A stretch of 64,000 nt of DNA. Source: Myxococcota bacterium. GTDB lineage: Bacteria; Myxococcota_A; SURF-8; G963663525. The stretch's first letter is position 1, and each line of letters starts with the position of its first letter. Positions 1 to 9,657 of this stretch are shown in pieces. Under the pieces are notes generated by a model. That model did no database searches. It saw nothing but the letters and a program-made list of their open reading frames with translations, and had not been told where the DNA came from. The DNA is taken from positions 192,001 to 256,000 of the forward strand of contig CAXXVK010000060.1 in NCBI GenBank assembly GCA_963676915.2. Direction: 5' to 3'. The translations under genes were made by a program, and so were the position numbers.

Positions 1-128
1 TCGGCTCGGGTGACGATCAACGGCTCGGACTCGGCGTATTCGGCCATCTGGGTGAACGGATGCCAGAGGGTGCGTCGGTCGATGTCCATTAACTCATTGA
101 TTTCCTTAGAAGTATAGCCGTTTTCCAT
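1..128 (-). CDS. bioA: Adenosylmethionine-8-amino-7-oxononanoate transaminase, 5' part (runs off the window)
   Basis: Manual translation from ATG at 128 gives MENGYTSKEINELMDIDRRTLWHPFTQMAEYAESEPLIVTRA; WHPFTQM is the typical BioA N-terminal motif; GAGGA RBS upstream. Confidence 0.8.
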   Translation of the reverse strand, partial: MENGYTSKEINELMDIDRRTLWHPFTQMAEYAESEPLIVTRA

Positions 129-405
129 CGAATCCTCGTTTTTGTATCGGGAAATAAAACGCCCCGACTCTAACGAAGATGCCGTAGCGGGTCAAGCCGG
201 ATGCCAGGGAAGAACGTGAAGTTTTTCCAAGACAGCCCGTTTCGGCAAGAAGATCATTTCCTTCTCGAAAGGGAATTTCGATTTTTTCGGTTGCACCGGG
301 CTGGGGCGTTCTTACTTTATAGGCGTTCGGAATTTCAACGATTCGTGTCAACAAAGGAAACCGCCGGTTCGGTCGTGGTGAACGGTGAGCAAGGAGAAGA
401 GGAAC

Positions 406-861
406 ATGCAAGAATTCAAAACGGTAGACGACATTCTCGATTTCGCCATTTCGGAAGAAGAAGCCGCCAGCGATTTTTACACCCGGCTGGCCTCCAGTGT
501 GAAAAAAGACTGGATGAAAAACGTGTTTTTGGGATTCGCCAAAGAGGAACAGGGACACAAGGCCAAGCTTCTCAAAATCAAGGAAGGCAAGCTGATTCCC
601 GCCACCGGTCAGAAAGTTCTGGACCTGAAAATCGCCGACTACCTCGTGGACGTCACGCCTTCAGACGACATGGACTACCAGGAAGCATTGATCGTCGCTA
701 TGAAAAAGGAAAAAGCGGCGTTCAAACTGTACAACGATCTTGCGGAAAAAGTGGATGATCCGCAACTCAAAGACAGCTTGCTGGCTCTGGCTCAGGAAGA
801 AGCGAAACACAAGGTTCGTTTCGAGTTGGAGTACGACGAAACCGTCTACTCCGAAAACTGA
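406..861 (+). CDS. Rubrerythrin-like ferritin-superfamily diiron protein (no rubredoxin domain)
   Basis: Duplicated helix pairs AISEEEAASDFY...EEQGH and AMKKEKAAFKLY...EEAKH (ExxH ligands); ATG at 406 follows AGGAG/GAGG. Confidence 0.88.
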   Translation: MQEFKTVDDILDFAISEEEAASDFYTRLASSVKKDWMKNVFLGFAKEEQGHKAKLLKIKEGKLIPATGQKVLDLKIADYLVDVTPSDDMDYQEALIVAMKKEKAAFKLYNDLAEKVDDPQLKDSLLALAQEEAKHKVRFELEYDETVYSEN

Positions 862-868
862 AAACCCT

Positions 869-889
869 AAGGGAGGTTTTTTCCTCCTT
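869..889 (+). other. Intercistronic hairpin between rubrerythrin-like gene and ferritin
   Basis: AAGGGAGG-TTTTTT-CCTCCTT inverted repeat just after the stop codon. Confidence 0.4.
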
Positions 890-909
890 GGATACGAAAG
901 GATAACGAC

Positions 910-1413
910 ATGTTGAGTGAAAAAATGCTTAAAGCTCTCAACGAGCAGATTCGTGAAGAAACGTTTTCCGCCTACCTCTACTTTTCGATGGAGGCGTATT
1001 TCAAATCGTTGAATCTCAACGGCTTTGCCAACTGGATGCGCGTTCAGGCCATGGAAGAACTAAGCCACGTGACCCGCTTTTTCGATTTCATCAACGATCG
1101 CGGCGGCAAGGTGACGCTGCTAGCCATCGACGCACCGGAGCATCATTGGGAAAGCCCCGTCGCGGCTTTTGAAGCGACCTTGAAACACGAAAAGCACATT
1201 TCTTCCAAAATCAACGACCTTGTGGACATCGCCATCGACGAGCGCGACCATGCCGCCAACGCCTTTTTGCAGTGGTTCGTCAACGAACAGGTCGAAGAAG
1301 AAGCAAGTGCCGACGACATTCTGCAAAAGACCAAGATGGTCAGCGACGGTCCCGGCCTGTATCATCTCGATATGGAGATGGGCAACCGGGTGTTCACGCC
1401 TCCGGCTGCTTAG
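910..1413 (+). CDS. ftnA: Non-heme ferritin
   Basis: LNEQI..E..SAYLY, EELSH and FLQWFVNEQVEEE ferroxidase motifs. Confidence 0.93.
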   Translation: MLSEKMLKALNEQIREETFSAYLYFSMEAYFKSLNLNGFANWMRVQAMEELSHVTRFFDFINDRGGKVTLLAIDAPEHHWESPVAAFEATLKHEKHISSKINDLVDIAIDERDHAANAFLQWFVNEQVEEEASADDILQKTKMVSDGPGLYHLDMEMGNRVFTPPAA

Positions 1414-1459
1414 GCAATGTCGCCACATGCTATAGAGCTGATTGGTAAGCCTTAGTTTT

Positions 1460-1626
1460 TATTGCTATTTTTGGCTATTGGTTCCAACGAACCGGATAAC
1501 GAAGGGTGGCACGGGACAAGCGACGTGAAACGTCTGCTTGCCCGTGTACAAACAATGTTCATGGGCAACCTGCGGTTGGCCCATGGCACACCCTTTGAAC
1601 ACCAAAACCAAATAATAACTGCTATA
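1460..1626. mobile_element. Degenerate TATAGC-ended MITE carrying a GTGG-type REP doublet (core 1504-1593)
   Basis: Core GGGTGGCACGGG..AAGCGACGTGAAACGT..GCTTGCCCGTG...CATGGGCAACC..GGTTGGCCCATG is shared with the copies at 10647, 34940 and 39338; right end CCAAATAATAACTGCTATA. Confidence 0.65.
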
Positions 1627-1700
1627 AGACAAACGTGAGGAGCAGGACGAGAGCCATGCTCCTGCAAAAAGTGTAACCCCTCGAAAATTCACTGCAATTT

Positions 1701-1740
1701 AAAACGCGCCGGGTGGATCAATCCTCCGGCGCGTTTTTTT
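1701..1740. terminator. Bidirectional intrinsic terminator overlapping the OMP stop codon
   Basis: AAAACGCGCCGG-13nt-CCGGCGCGTTTTTTT between convergent genes. Confidence 0.7.
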
Positions 1741-3083
1741 CGTCCTGTTGTGGTTTGAAGCCACGGAAGAATTCGCCCATCGTGGGATATTCTTCTCGGT
1801 CCTGCTCTTCCTTTTTCATGGCTTTGCGCGTGGCGCTCTCGGTGTCGTCGTTGTAGCGGATGCTTCCGGCGTACAGCAATCCAAGGTACCATTCTTTCAC
1901 ACCCAACCTGCGTTCCTGCACCACTTCGTGTCCGCCACCCATGGCCGCATTCAACCCCAGCATCGAGGTCGTAAAGGCGTTTTCCCAGCCGAACGCCGCC
2001 GTAATTCCGTAAAAATCGATTGCGGTAGGCATCCCTTCGCGGCTACGCGAGGGTTTGGGGGCCGAACTGAAATCGGTATACATCCCGGCACGCAGAAAAT
2101 ACCAGCGTCGAAAACGTTGCTCGAATCCCAGGTTGACGTTGCCGATGGCATCGAGCTTCACCGGTCCGTCCGCCAACTCCCGGTTGGTCTGGTCGTGAAT
2201 GGTCACGTCCGCAACGAAGGTCGTATTCAAAAACGGCTGAAACGCGACGCCCGCCCGAAAGGAAAACGGCATTTCGATGGATTCCGAAATCGTCCGGTTG
2301 GAAATGTAGATCGGCTCGTCTTGAGGATCGTTGGTGGTGTGGATCGACCGAAATCTTGTTTTCGACCGGGCCGGGAAGGCCGAACGAATCCTCAGTCCGG
2401 CCTGTATCATCGGATGAGGACGTATCCAGACACCCAGAATCGGCGTAAAACCGATGAAGGCACGCTCGGCCACGTTGACGGTATGATCGAAACGTCCGTT
2501 GAGTTCCGTCAGCTCCGAGCGATTTTCGTACTCGGTCCGATAGTAGGCATAGAGTGTCGCGCCAACGGCGAACGCCGGATGCAGCCGGTAGGCCACCGAC
2601 GGTCCGGCGAACATTTCCTGACTTTTGTTGGAAATGTCGATGTAGAGATAAGGTTGTTCCTTCTCGGTCACGAATTGCGCCGACTGCTCGTTGCTTTCCG
2701 GGACCGCGACGGTAAACGCCGCCGTCCAGTCCCCGAAGCGCATCAGGGTTCCCGTGGTCGCACCGATGACGTTGAACGCGCTCTGGGTCAGGTCTTTGCC
2801 GTCCCGATAGTTTTCCACGGTCCGATAGCGTAACTGGTAGATCGACAGGCTCAATGATAGCGAATCGTAACGGGCATTGGCCATTCCGGCGGGATTGTAG
2901 TACGCACCGGAAGGATCGTCCGAAATGGCAGTGAAAGCTCCACCCATCCCGGCGGCGCGTTCGCCGATCAGGCTATCACTATAATGATAGGGGTCTGCGA
3001 AAGCCGCCTGCAATCCGAGGAATAAACCACAGACAGCCAGCACTAGCCCGATGCAACGACGAGTGACCCGGCCCCTTCGCGGC

Positions 3084-3091
<8 letters not shown>
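1718..3091 (-). CDS. FadL/TodX-like outer-membrane beta-barrel transporter
   Basis: Signal peptide (..LQAAFA), plug motif GERAAGMGGAFTAISDDPSGAYYNPAGM, amphipathic strands; ATG 3091 overlaps the upstream stop codon. Confidence 0.8.
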
Positions 3092-4469
<1,378 letters not shown>

Positions 4470-4563
4470 ACAGTCCTCAACCTAGAATCCAAAAAAAAAC
4501 ATTTGTCATGTTCGATTGCTCTCTTAGGAAAGCAAGAAAACGCGAAAGATGCAAGGAGTTTTC

Positions 4564-4618
4564 GCGAAAAAATTTCGCTCTCTTGACGTTTATTTTTCGC
4601 AAAGCGAAATATTTTCCT
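4564..4618. promoter_or_regulatory. Candidate enhancer-binding-protein UAS
   Basis: Perfect GCGAAA-AAA-TTTCGC palindrome (4564-4578) plus imperfect repeats at 4586-4600 and 4604-4618, about 150-200 bp upstream of the predicted sigma54 start site. Confidence 0.5.
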
Positions 4619-4744
4619 TCTTTAGGGTTTATTTGTATCTAACAGTTATTTAACATTTGGTTTTAGAATCAAAAAAACTGTTTAATTACATATTGTTACG
4701 CTATTTATATTTGTTATTTTTTACTGTCCTTTGTGTATATCAGA

Positions 4745-4761
4745 TTGGTATTTTTTTTGCA
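4745..4761 (+). promoter_or_regulatory. Sigma54 (-24/-12) promoter
   Basis: TTGGTATTTTTTTTGCA: GG at 4747-48 and GC at 4759-60 separated by exactly 10 bp, preceded by an AT-rich tract. Confidence 0.7.
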
Positions 4762-4771
4762 CATCTTAAGT

Positions 4772-4902
4772 GCTGTTGAATCCCTCAAAAATCTCCCCGG
4801 ATTTTTGAGTCTTTGAGATCGGAGTGTGCCCCTACTTCGGTCTGGTTCGGAAAACTCCGAACACCCCCTGTGGCGAGAGTTCCCCCCTCTCGCCATTTTT
4901 TT
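4772..4902 (+). ncRNA. Candidate sigma54-dependent small RNA with C-rich loops
   Basis: Four consecutive hairpins (4784-4809, 4816-4843, 4845-4862, 4871-4895) ending in T7; G-U pairs favour the + strand; no + strand ORF in the track. Confidence 0.65.
4871..4902 (+). terminator. Intrinsic terminator
   Basis: TGGCGAGAG-TTCCCCC-CTCTCGCCA-TTTTTTT. Confidence 0.85.
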
Positions 4903-5175
4903 GATCTTTTCATTCGAGAGACGACTCTAATTCGTTAGAGAATCGCGTTCTTTTTGGTTACAATTATATCCTCATGGGGTTATGTTCTCGTGTCAATGCA
5001 AGTCATTCATTTATTTTTATCGGAATATTTTTTTGGAAAATAAATGGATTCCAAAGAAATTTTCTTTATAATGTATCCAGGTAGGTAAGATTGTTTCATG
5101 ATTCGTTGTATATGGAACATGAACTCCCAATGAAAACCGTTGTTTCACAAACACTTAGCCTCCAGCATTCGCTGA

Positions 5176-6423
5176 ATGCCACAAGAAAACGATAGAGACG
5201 GACTGATTATTTCTGGAGTAACGATGCAGCACACCCCCGTTGAAATCGACGCTTTTCCCGAAGCATGGCGTTCCTTGGCCGACGCCAACGCATCTCCTCT
5301 GATTTTCACCGACGAAAAAGGTCATCTGCTTTACGGGAATCCCTCGTGGCAGGCGTGGAGCCATGACCTTCGAACCACTTTGCTTGATGTTTCTGCAAAA
5401 CTTCTCCAGCATGAGTTTTCTCAAACCCGTTCCATTTTGGAAAACCTGACGATTCCGAATCTCGGTGCTATCGCCTGTACCTGCGAATGGCTTGAAGATC
5501 GAGGCAAACGTTTCGGGATGCTGCGTTTCGAGCCGGAGAACCAACCGGTCCTCGAACCCGGAAAAGTAGCCATCGACCGGGAAATGGCCGCCCGCTGGGC
5601 GTTGTTGTCCGCTCGCATGAACAGCGTGGCCGATGTGGCCGCCGGGTTGGCGCACGAAATCAACAACCCTCTGGGCGGTCTGTTGCAAACGGTACAGCTT
5701 TTATCGCGTAACCTGACCATCGATCACGAACGCACCCACGCCCAACTGGAAAAAATCGGATTTGCCGAGGACGAAATCACCAAGTTGGCAAAATACATCG
5801 AAGAACGCCAACTGCTTTATTTTCTTCAGATTATCGGCGAAAGCGGTGAGCGTGCCCGAGCGATGGTATCGTACATGGTCGAATTTTCCCGCCAGCGCCC
5901 GGCCGAGCATCACGAGGTAGATCTCGTCACGTTGGTAAAGCGCTGCATCGAGCTGGCCAAACTCGATACGGACATGCGTAAAATCTACCAATTCGCCCGG
6001 CTTCCCCTCGATATGACGGCCGATCCTACCTACATCGGTGGCGTTTGCATCGAACAACAAGCGAAATATGTATTCTTGCGCTCACTCAAGCGACACGCTG
6101 CCGGACTGCATGCCGCCACGCAGGAAAAGGATGCGTTTTTTCCCGAGTTGCGTCTCGATTTGAGCTATCGTGACGACCGGGCGGTGATCGTTTTCAGCGA
6201 CAACGGCCTGCCGCCCACACCCGAAGACATCCGCCTCGTCGAAGACGGTTCTCTGGATGCCGTATGGAGCACCGACGAGTCACGGTTCGATCTCGCCGTC
6301 AGTTCGTTTTTATGGCAATCCTTCAATCATGGTGGCTATACGTTGTCCGAAAACGAGCGAGGCGGCTGCACCACCGAACTGACCCTTCCGCGAAAAAACG
6401 GTCAATCGGCACATGTGGGGTAA
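5176..6423 (+). CDS. PAS-like + HisKA protein with degenerate HATPase domain (putative pseudokinase)
   Basis: Intact H-box AAGLAHEINNPL; N, G1, F and G2 boxes are degenerate. The start may be ATG 5224. Confidence 0.8.
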   Translation: MPQENDRDGLIISGVTMQHTPVEIDAFPEAWRSLADANASPLIFTDEKGHLLYGNPSWQAWSHDLRTTLLDVSAKLLQHEFSQTRSILENLTIPNLGAIACTCEWLEDRGKRFGMLRFEPENQPVLEPGKVAIDREMAARWALLSARMNSVADVAAGLAHEINNPLGGLLQTVQLLSRNLTIDHERTHAQLEKIGFAEDEITKLAKYIEERQLLYFLQIIGESGERARAMVSYMVEFSRQRPAEHHEVDLVTLVKRCIELAKLDTDMRKIYQFARLPLDMTADPTYIGGVCIEQQAKYVFLRSLKRHAAGLHAATQEKDAFFPELRLDLSYRDDRAVIVFSDNGLPPTPEDIRLVEDGSLDAVWSTDESRFDLAVSSFLWQSFNHGGYTLSENERGGCTTELTLPRKNGQSAHVG

Positions 6424-6516
6424 GAACAGACGTTTCAACGGATATTCACGTCTTCTCGTCGAGCAGGTATTTTCTCTTCAATCGTTTTTCGGTGATTATT
6501 TGAATGAAAAGTCACA

Positions 6517-6543
6517 GTAGGTCGGGCAAATTTCTTGCCCGAC
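6517..6543 (+). repeat. GTAG-type REP palindrome
   Basis: GTAG-GTCGGGCAA-ATTTC-TTGCCCGAC. Confidence 0.55.
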
Positions 6544-6564
6544 ATTCCCAAAACAACGGGTTAA

Positions 6565-6740
6565 CCCGCATTATTCATGAGGATCGTTGCGAGACGCCGA
6601 AAACCGAAGAACTTTCATGAAGTTGGAGTGATTTTTTAACGGAAGCATACTTGACAGGTTGTTGAGTATAAAAATTTCGGGAAACGAGTGAAAGATCAAG
6701 AGTTTTCAAGTCGTAGTAGATTTTTCATGAATTATGCGGG
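6565..6740. mobile_element. 176-bp MITE (CCCGCATTATTCATGA ends), copy A
   Basis: TIRs CCCGCATTATTCATGA / TCATGAATTATGCGGG, TTAA on both flanks; homologous to the copies at 10882, 28329 and 32378. Confidence 0.85.
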
Positions 6741-6765
6741 TTAAGAATGAACCCGACTTTCGGTT

Positions 6766-8064
6766 TTATTCGTTTGTATCGCACCGAAACGGTTTGAGTT
6801 CCCCAACCCCGCGACGTTCGACGTACTCCCGCCAGACCCCGGGGCATTCTTTGGCCAGACGACAGGAAGCGCAAGGAGATTCGGGGTGAACCTTCCGACC
6901 CGCTTTTTGCGTCCAGCCTTCGCGCCATCCTGACTCTCCGGTTGAACTCAACAGCATTTTCCGTGTTCTTCCACGGACTTCCTCACCCCGCGCCACGCAC
7001 AACGGAACATCCAGCAGCGACACCAGCGGGCTTTCCTCACGTGGGGTGAGCAGGCGTGAAACCACCGCTTCAACGGCTGTCAGTGACGGCATCACCTCGT
7101 CGAAATGCTCCAACGCCCATCCACCCGGTTCGGGAAAGGAAAATGTGGCCGAAGACACCTCGGACCGGGTGAGATAGTCCAAGATTTCCGGCAGAAACTC
7201 CTGATTCTGCTTGGTAATCACCGTACTGGAAAACAGCGCCCGTTCGCCGAACCATTGTTCCCGCCGCGAACCCGTAGCCTCGACGACGTTGGCCAACGCA
7301 CGGGCTTTGATCTCGAAGGCGTTCGAGCGGGTGGTCAAAGCCTGTTCGATCTCCGGCTGATGCCCCAGAATCGATAACGTTACCTGATGCAGCCCCGCCG
7401 CGAAAATATTGCGACAGAAATCGGGTTTGGCGAACCCGTATCCATTGGAAATCATTCGGATCGAGCGATACCCCAGGCGTTTCGCCTCGGCCACCAGATC
7501 GAGGATATCCGGCCTCAAGGTGGGTTCCATAGCGGTAAACTCGACGCCCCGTGCCCCCCGTTCCCGTCGCTGGCGTAGCAAGACAAGCAAATCCTCGGTC
7601 GAGGTGTCGGGAATTCCCGCCGGGCGATTGATGCAGAAACGACAGCGGTTCTGGCAATGGGGCGAGGCTTCGATATCGAACGAAAGGGCGTTCTCGTCGT
7701 CGAAGATGTCGTACTTTCGACGAAGGTTGTCCCAAAAAGGAGGTTTTGGGCCGGAATCGCTGTTGCGCCGAACCAGTTCCACCATCAGCCGGGCGAAACG
7801 AGCAACGGACTCGGGTAGCGGTTCTTCGGCATCCAGCACGGCGAAATCGAACCAGCGGCTTCTCTCGAACGCCGGACGACCCTCCTTGTGGGGAAGAAGA
7901 CCCAGCTTCAAGGCGGTAGAATCACGGTAGGCGAACACCGCACGAATCGTTTTTCCCGGAACGATGTCCACCAGCTTCCAGCCGTCTCGAAACCCTTGAC
8001 CTGGGCGAAGCGGACGAAAAAGTTCCAGTAGGTTTTGAGGGATAACGGGGGCGTTCGAGGACAC
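6766..8064 (-). CDS. Radical SAM protein with C-terminal Cys cluster (HxsC-like/SPASM-like)
   Basis: CQNRCRFC motif, MEPTL, SNG, VPLCV, C-terminal CASCRLAKECPGV..EY...G..ELKP. Confidence 0.85.
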   Translation of the reverse strand: MSSNAPVIPQNLLELFRPLRPGQGFRDGWKLVDIVPGKTIRAVFAYRDSTALKLGLLPHKEGRPAFERSRWFDFAVLDAEEPLPESVARFARLMVELVRRNSDSGPKPPFWDNLRRKYDIFDDENALSFDIEASPHCQNRCRFCINRPAGIPDTSTEDLLVLLRQRRERGARGVEFTAMEPTLRPDILDLVAEAKRLGYRSIRMISNGYGFAKPDFCRNIFAAGLHQVTLSILGHQPEIEQALTTRSNAFEIKARALANVVEATGSRREQWFGERALFSSTVITKQNQEFLPEILDYLTRSEVSSATFSFPEPGGWALEHFDEVMPSLTAVEAVVSRLLTPREESPLVSLLDVPLCVARGEEVRGRTRKMLLSSTGESGWREGWTQKAGRKVHPESPCASCRLAKECPGVWREYVERRGVGELKPFRCDTNE

Positions 8065-8138
8065 GATAAGCCCCTTTTCACGTTAGACAATACGTTGTAA
8101 AAGCATGTTCGAAACTCGGAACTTGCCAAAAAGACACG

Positions 8139-9281
8139 CTAAAACCCGAAAATGGCACCGAAAATTCCCAAGGGATTGTAGCTGCGCAACAAAAGCTGAT
8201 CCCCGTGGCCGATCATGGCGAATCCTGTGATCAAGCCAAGCACCGCCATTCCAATGAACAATCCTTTCAGCGCCGTAACGATGGTTTTGGATTTTTTCTC
8301 GGTCTCGCTTCCCGAAATCCGGGTACCGACGAAAGGATTGACCTTGAATCGCTTTCGCACGCCTTGTTTGCGTTCCTGCTGCTTTCGGTACTCGTCGAGC
8401 GTAAGTTCCATCGAGCCTTTTTGTTCTTCTTCCGGCTCGACTTCCACAAGCATCCGATAGGCATGGGGAATTGCAACGTGGGTCGCCTGGGGATCGTAGC
8501 CCTTTTCCTCGTCGTCCTGCGCTTTCGGTTTTTCCGGTTCTGTTTTTTTCGCGCCGACTTTGGACAGGGCTTCGTCGTCCATCGCCCGAAGATCCTTGGT
8601 GGCCGCCGTCAATTCACCCCGTTCCTCGAAAGCAAAATCTCCGCCGAAAATGCTTCCGGCAGGTTCGGGTGCGTCTTCGGGGGGAGGTGGTTGGGAATGT
8701 GAAGCGACACGCATCGAGGGGTCGGACCCGCTGGCGATTTCCTCGGCGAATTCGGAATACGCCGGTTGACTGGGTGATGAAGCCTCTCCCGGATTTTGAA
8801 AATCCTCCATAGGCATCTGAAGATCGAACGCGCTGGAACCGGTATCCGGCACCGGTAATTTCTGATCATCAATCGCATTCATATCGAGGCCGGTTCTGTT
8901 TTCGATGTCCAGCAACTGGCTGCCGGGCGTGAACTGGCTCATCATTTCTTCCTGGCTGATGGGTCCGGAAGATTCCTGCGGGGAGGCAAGATCGTAGTTT
9001 TCCGACGGATTACCGGAGAACATCTGACCGCCACTGAATGAGTCTTGATTCGAGGTTTCAGGAGGAGGGAACGACGGAGACGAGTTTTGTTGCGAAAAAT
9101 CGCCCAAGTCCTCGTCCGTAGCGAATTGCGAAGCCATGAAATCCGGTTCGGGCTCGGGTTCCGGCGGGTGAATCGTGAAAATGTTGCTGCAACTCAAGCA
9201 GCGGACACGGCTTCCTTCCGGTTTTATTTTACTATCGTCGAAACGAAACCGACTTCCACAATTAGGACATTGGACTTTCAT
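8139..9281 (-). CDS. MJ0042-type zinc-ribbon protein with acidic/Pro-rich linker and C-terminal membrane anchor
   Basis: MKVQCPNCGSRFRFDDSKIKPEGSRVRCLSC; hydrophobic helix near the C-terminus; ATG 9281 with GAAGGGA RBS. Confidence 0.82.
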   Translation of the reverse strand: MKVQCPNCGSRFRFDDSKIKPEGSRVRCLSCSNIFTIHPPEPEPEPDFMASQFATDEDLGDFSQQNSSPSFPPPETSNQDSFSGGQMFSGNPSENYDLASPQESSGPISQEEMMSQFTPGSQLLDIENRTGLDMNAIDDQKLPVPDTGSSAFDLQMPMEDFQNPGEASSPSQPAYSEFAEEIASGSDPSMRVASHSQPPPPEDAPEPAGSIFGGDFAFEERGELTAATKDLRAMDDEALSKVGAKKTEPEKPKAQDDEEKGYDPQATHVAIPHAYRMLVEVEPEEEQKGSMELTLDEYRKQQERKQGVRKRFKVNPFVGTRISGSETEKKSKTIVTALKGLFIGMAVLGLITGFAMIGHGDQLLLRSYNPLGIFGAIFGF

Positions 9282-9657
9282 GGAATCCCTTCGACCTTTC
9301 ACGCACATCAAATACAACTATGCGAAAAACATCTCTTTTTACAATGATTTTACCCCGGAGTCAAGGTGGTCGGGTGTTTCGGAACCTCGTCACGAGGCGA
9401 AATTTCGAAAGATTACCGCTTGTTGGAGTGATGAATCAGGTGAAGAACCACCCAAAAAACGTAAGAATCCTCACTCGTCGCAGCAAAACGAGCGAGTTTG
9501 TTACTGCTCCTCTTACAGTTCCTTTCCTCCATGAAAGTCATGAAATTTGGTGTAAGAGAAGACTTGCGCTATACTTTGTCCGACGGGTTAATAAATTTTC
9601 AAATCATAACGTCCACTTGGTTGTGAATAGTAATCGTTTACGGGGGACGCAGATTTC

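Noticed and set aside
113-126. TATAGCCGTT resembling the MITE end
   Set aside because: It lies in bioA codons (ENGYT), with no partner end or core.
4772-4902. CsrB/RsmZ-like GGA-loop RNA on the minus strand, and the 60-aa ORF 4714-4896
   Set aside because: Promoter, U-tract and G-U pairs all favour the + strand; the ORF shows no recognisable features.
6651-6672. Sigma70 promoter inside MITE copy A
   Set aside because: TTGACA and TATAAA are only 10 bp apart, and TTGACA is not conserved in the other copies.
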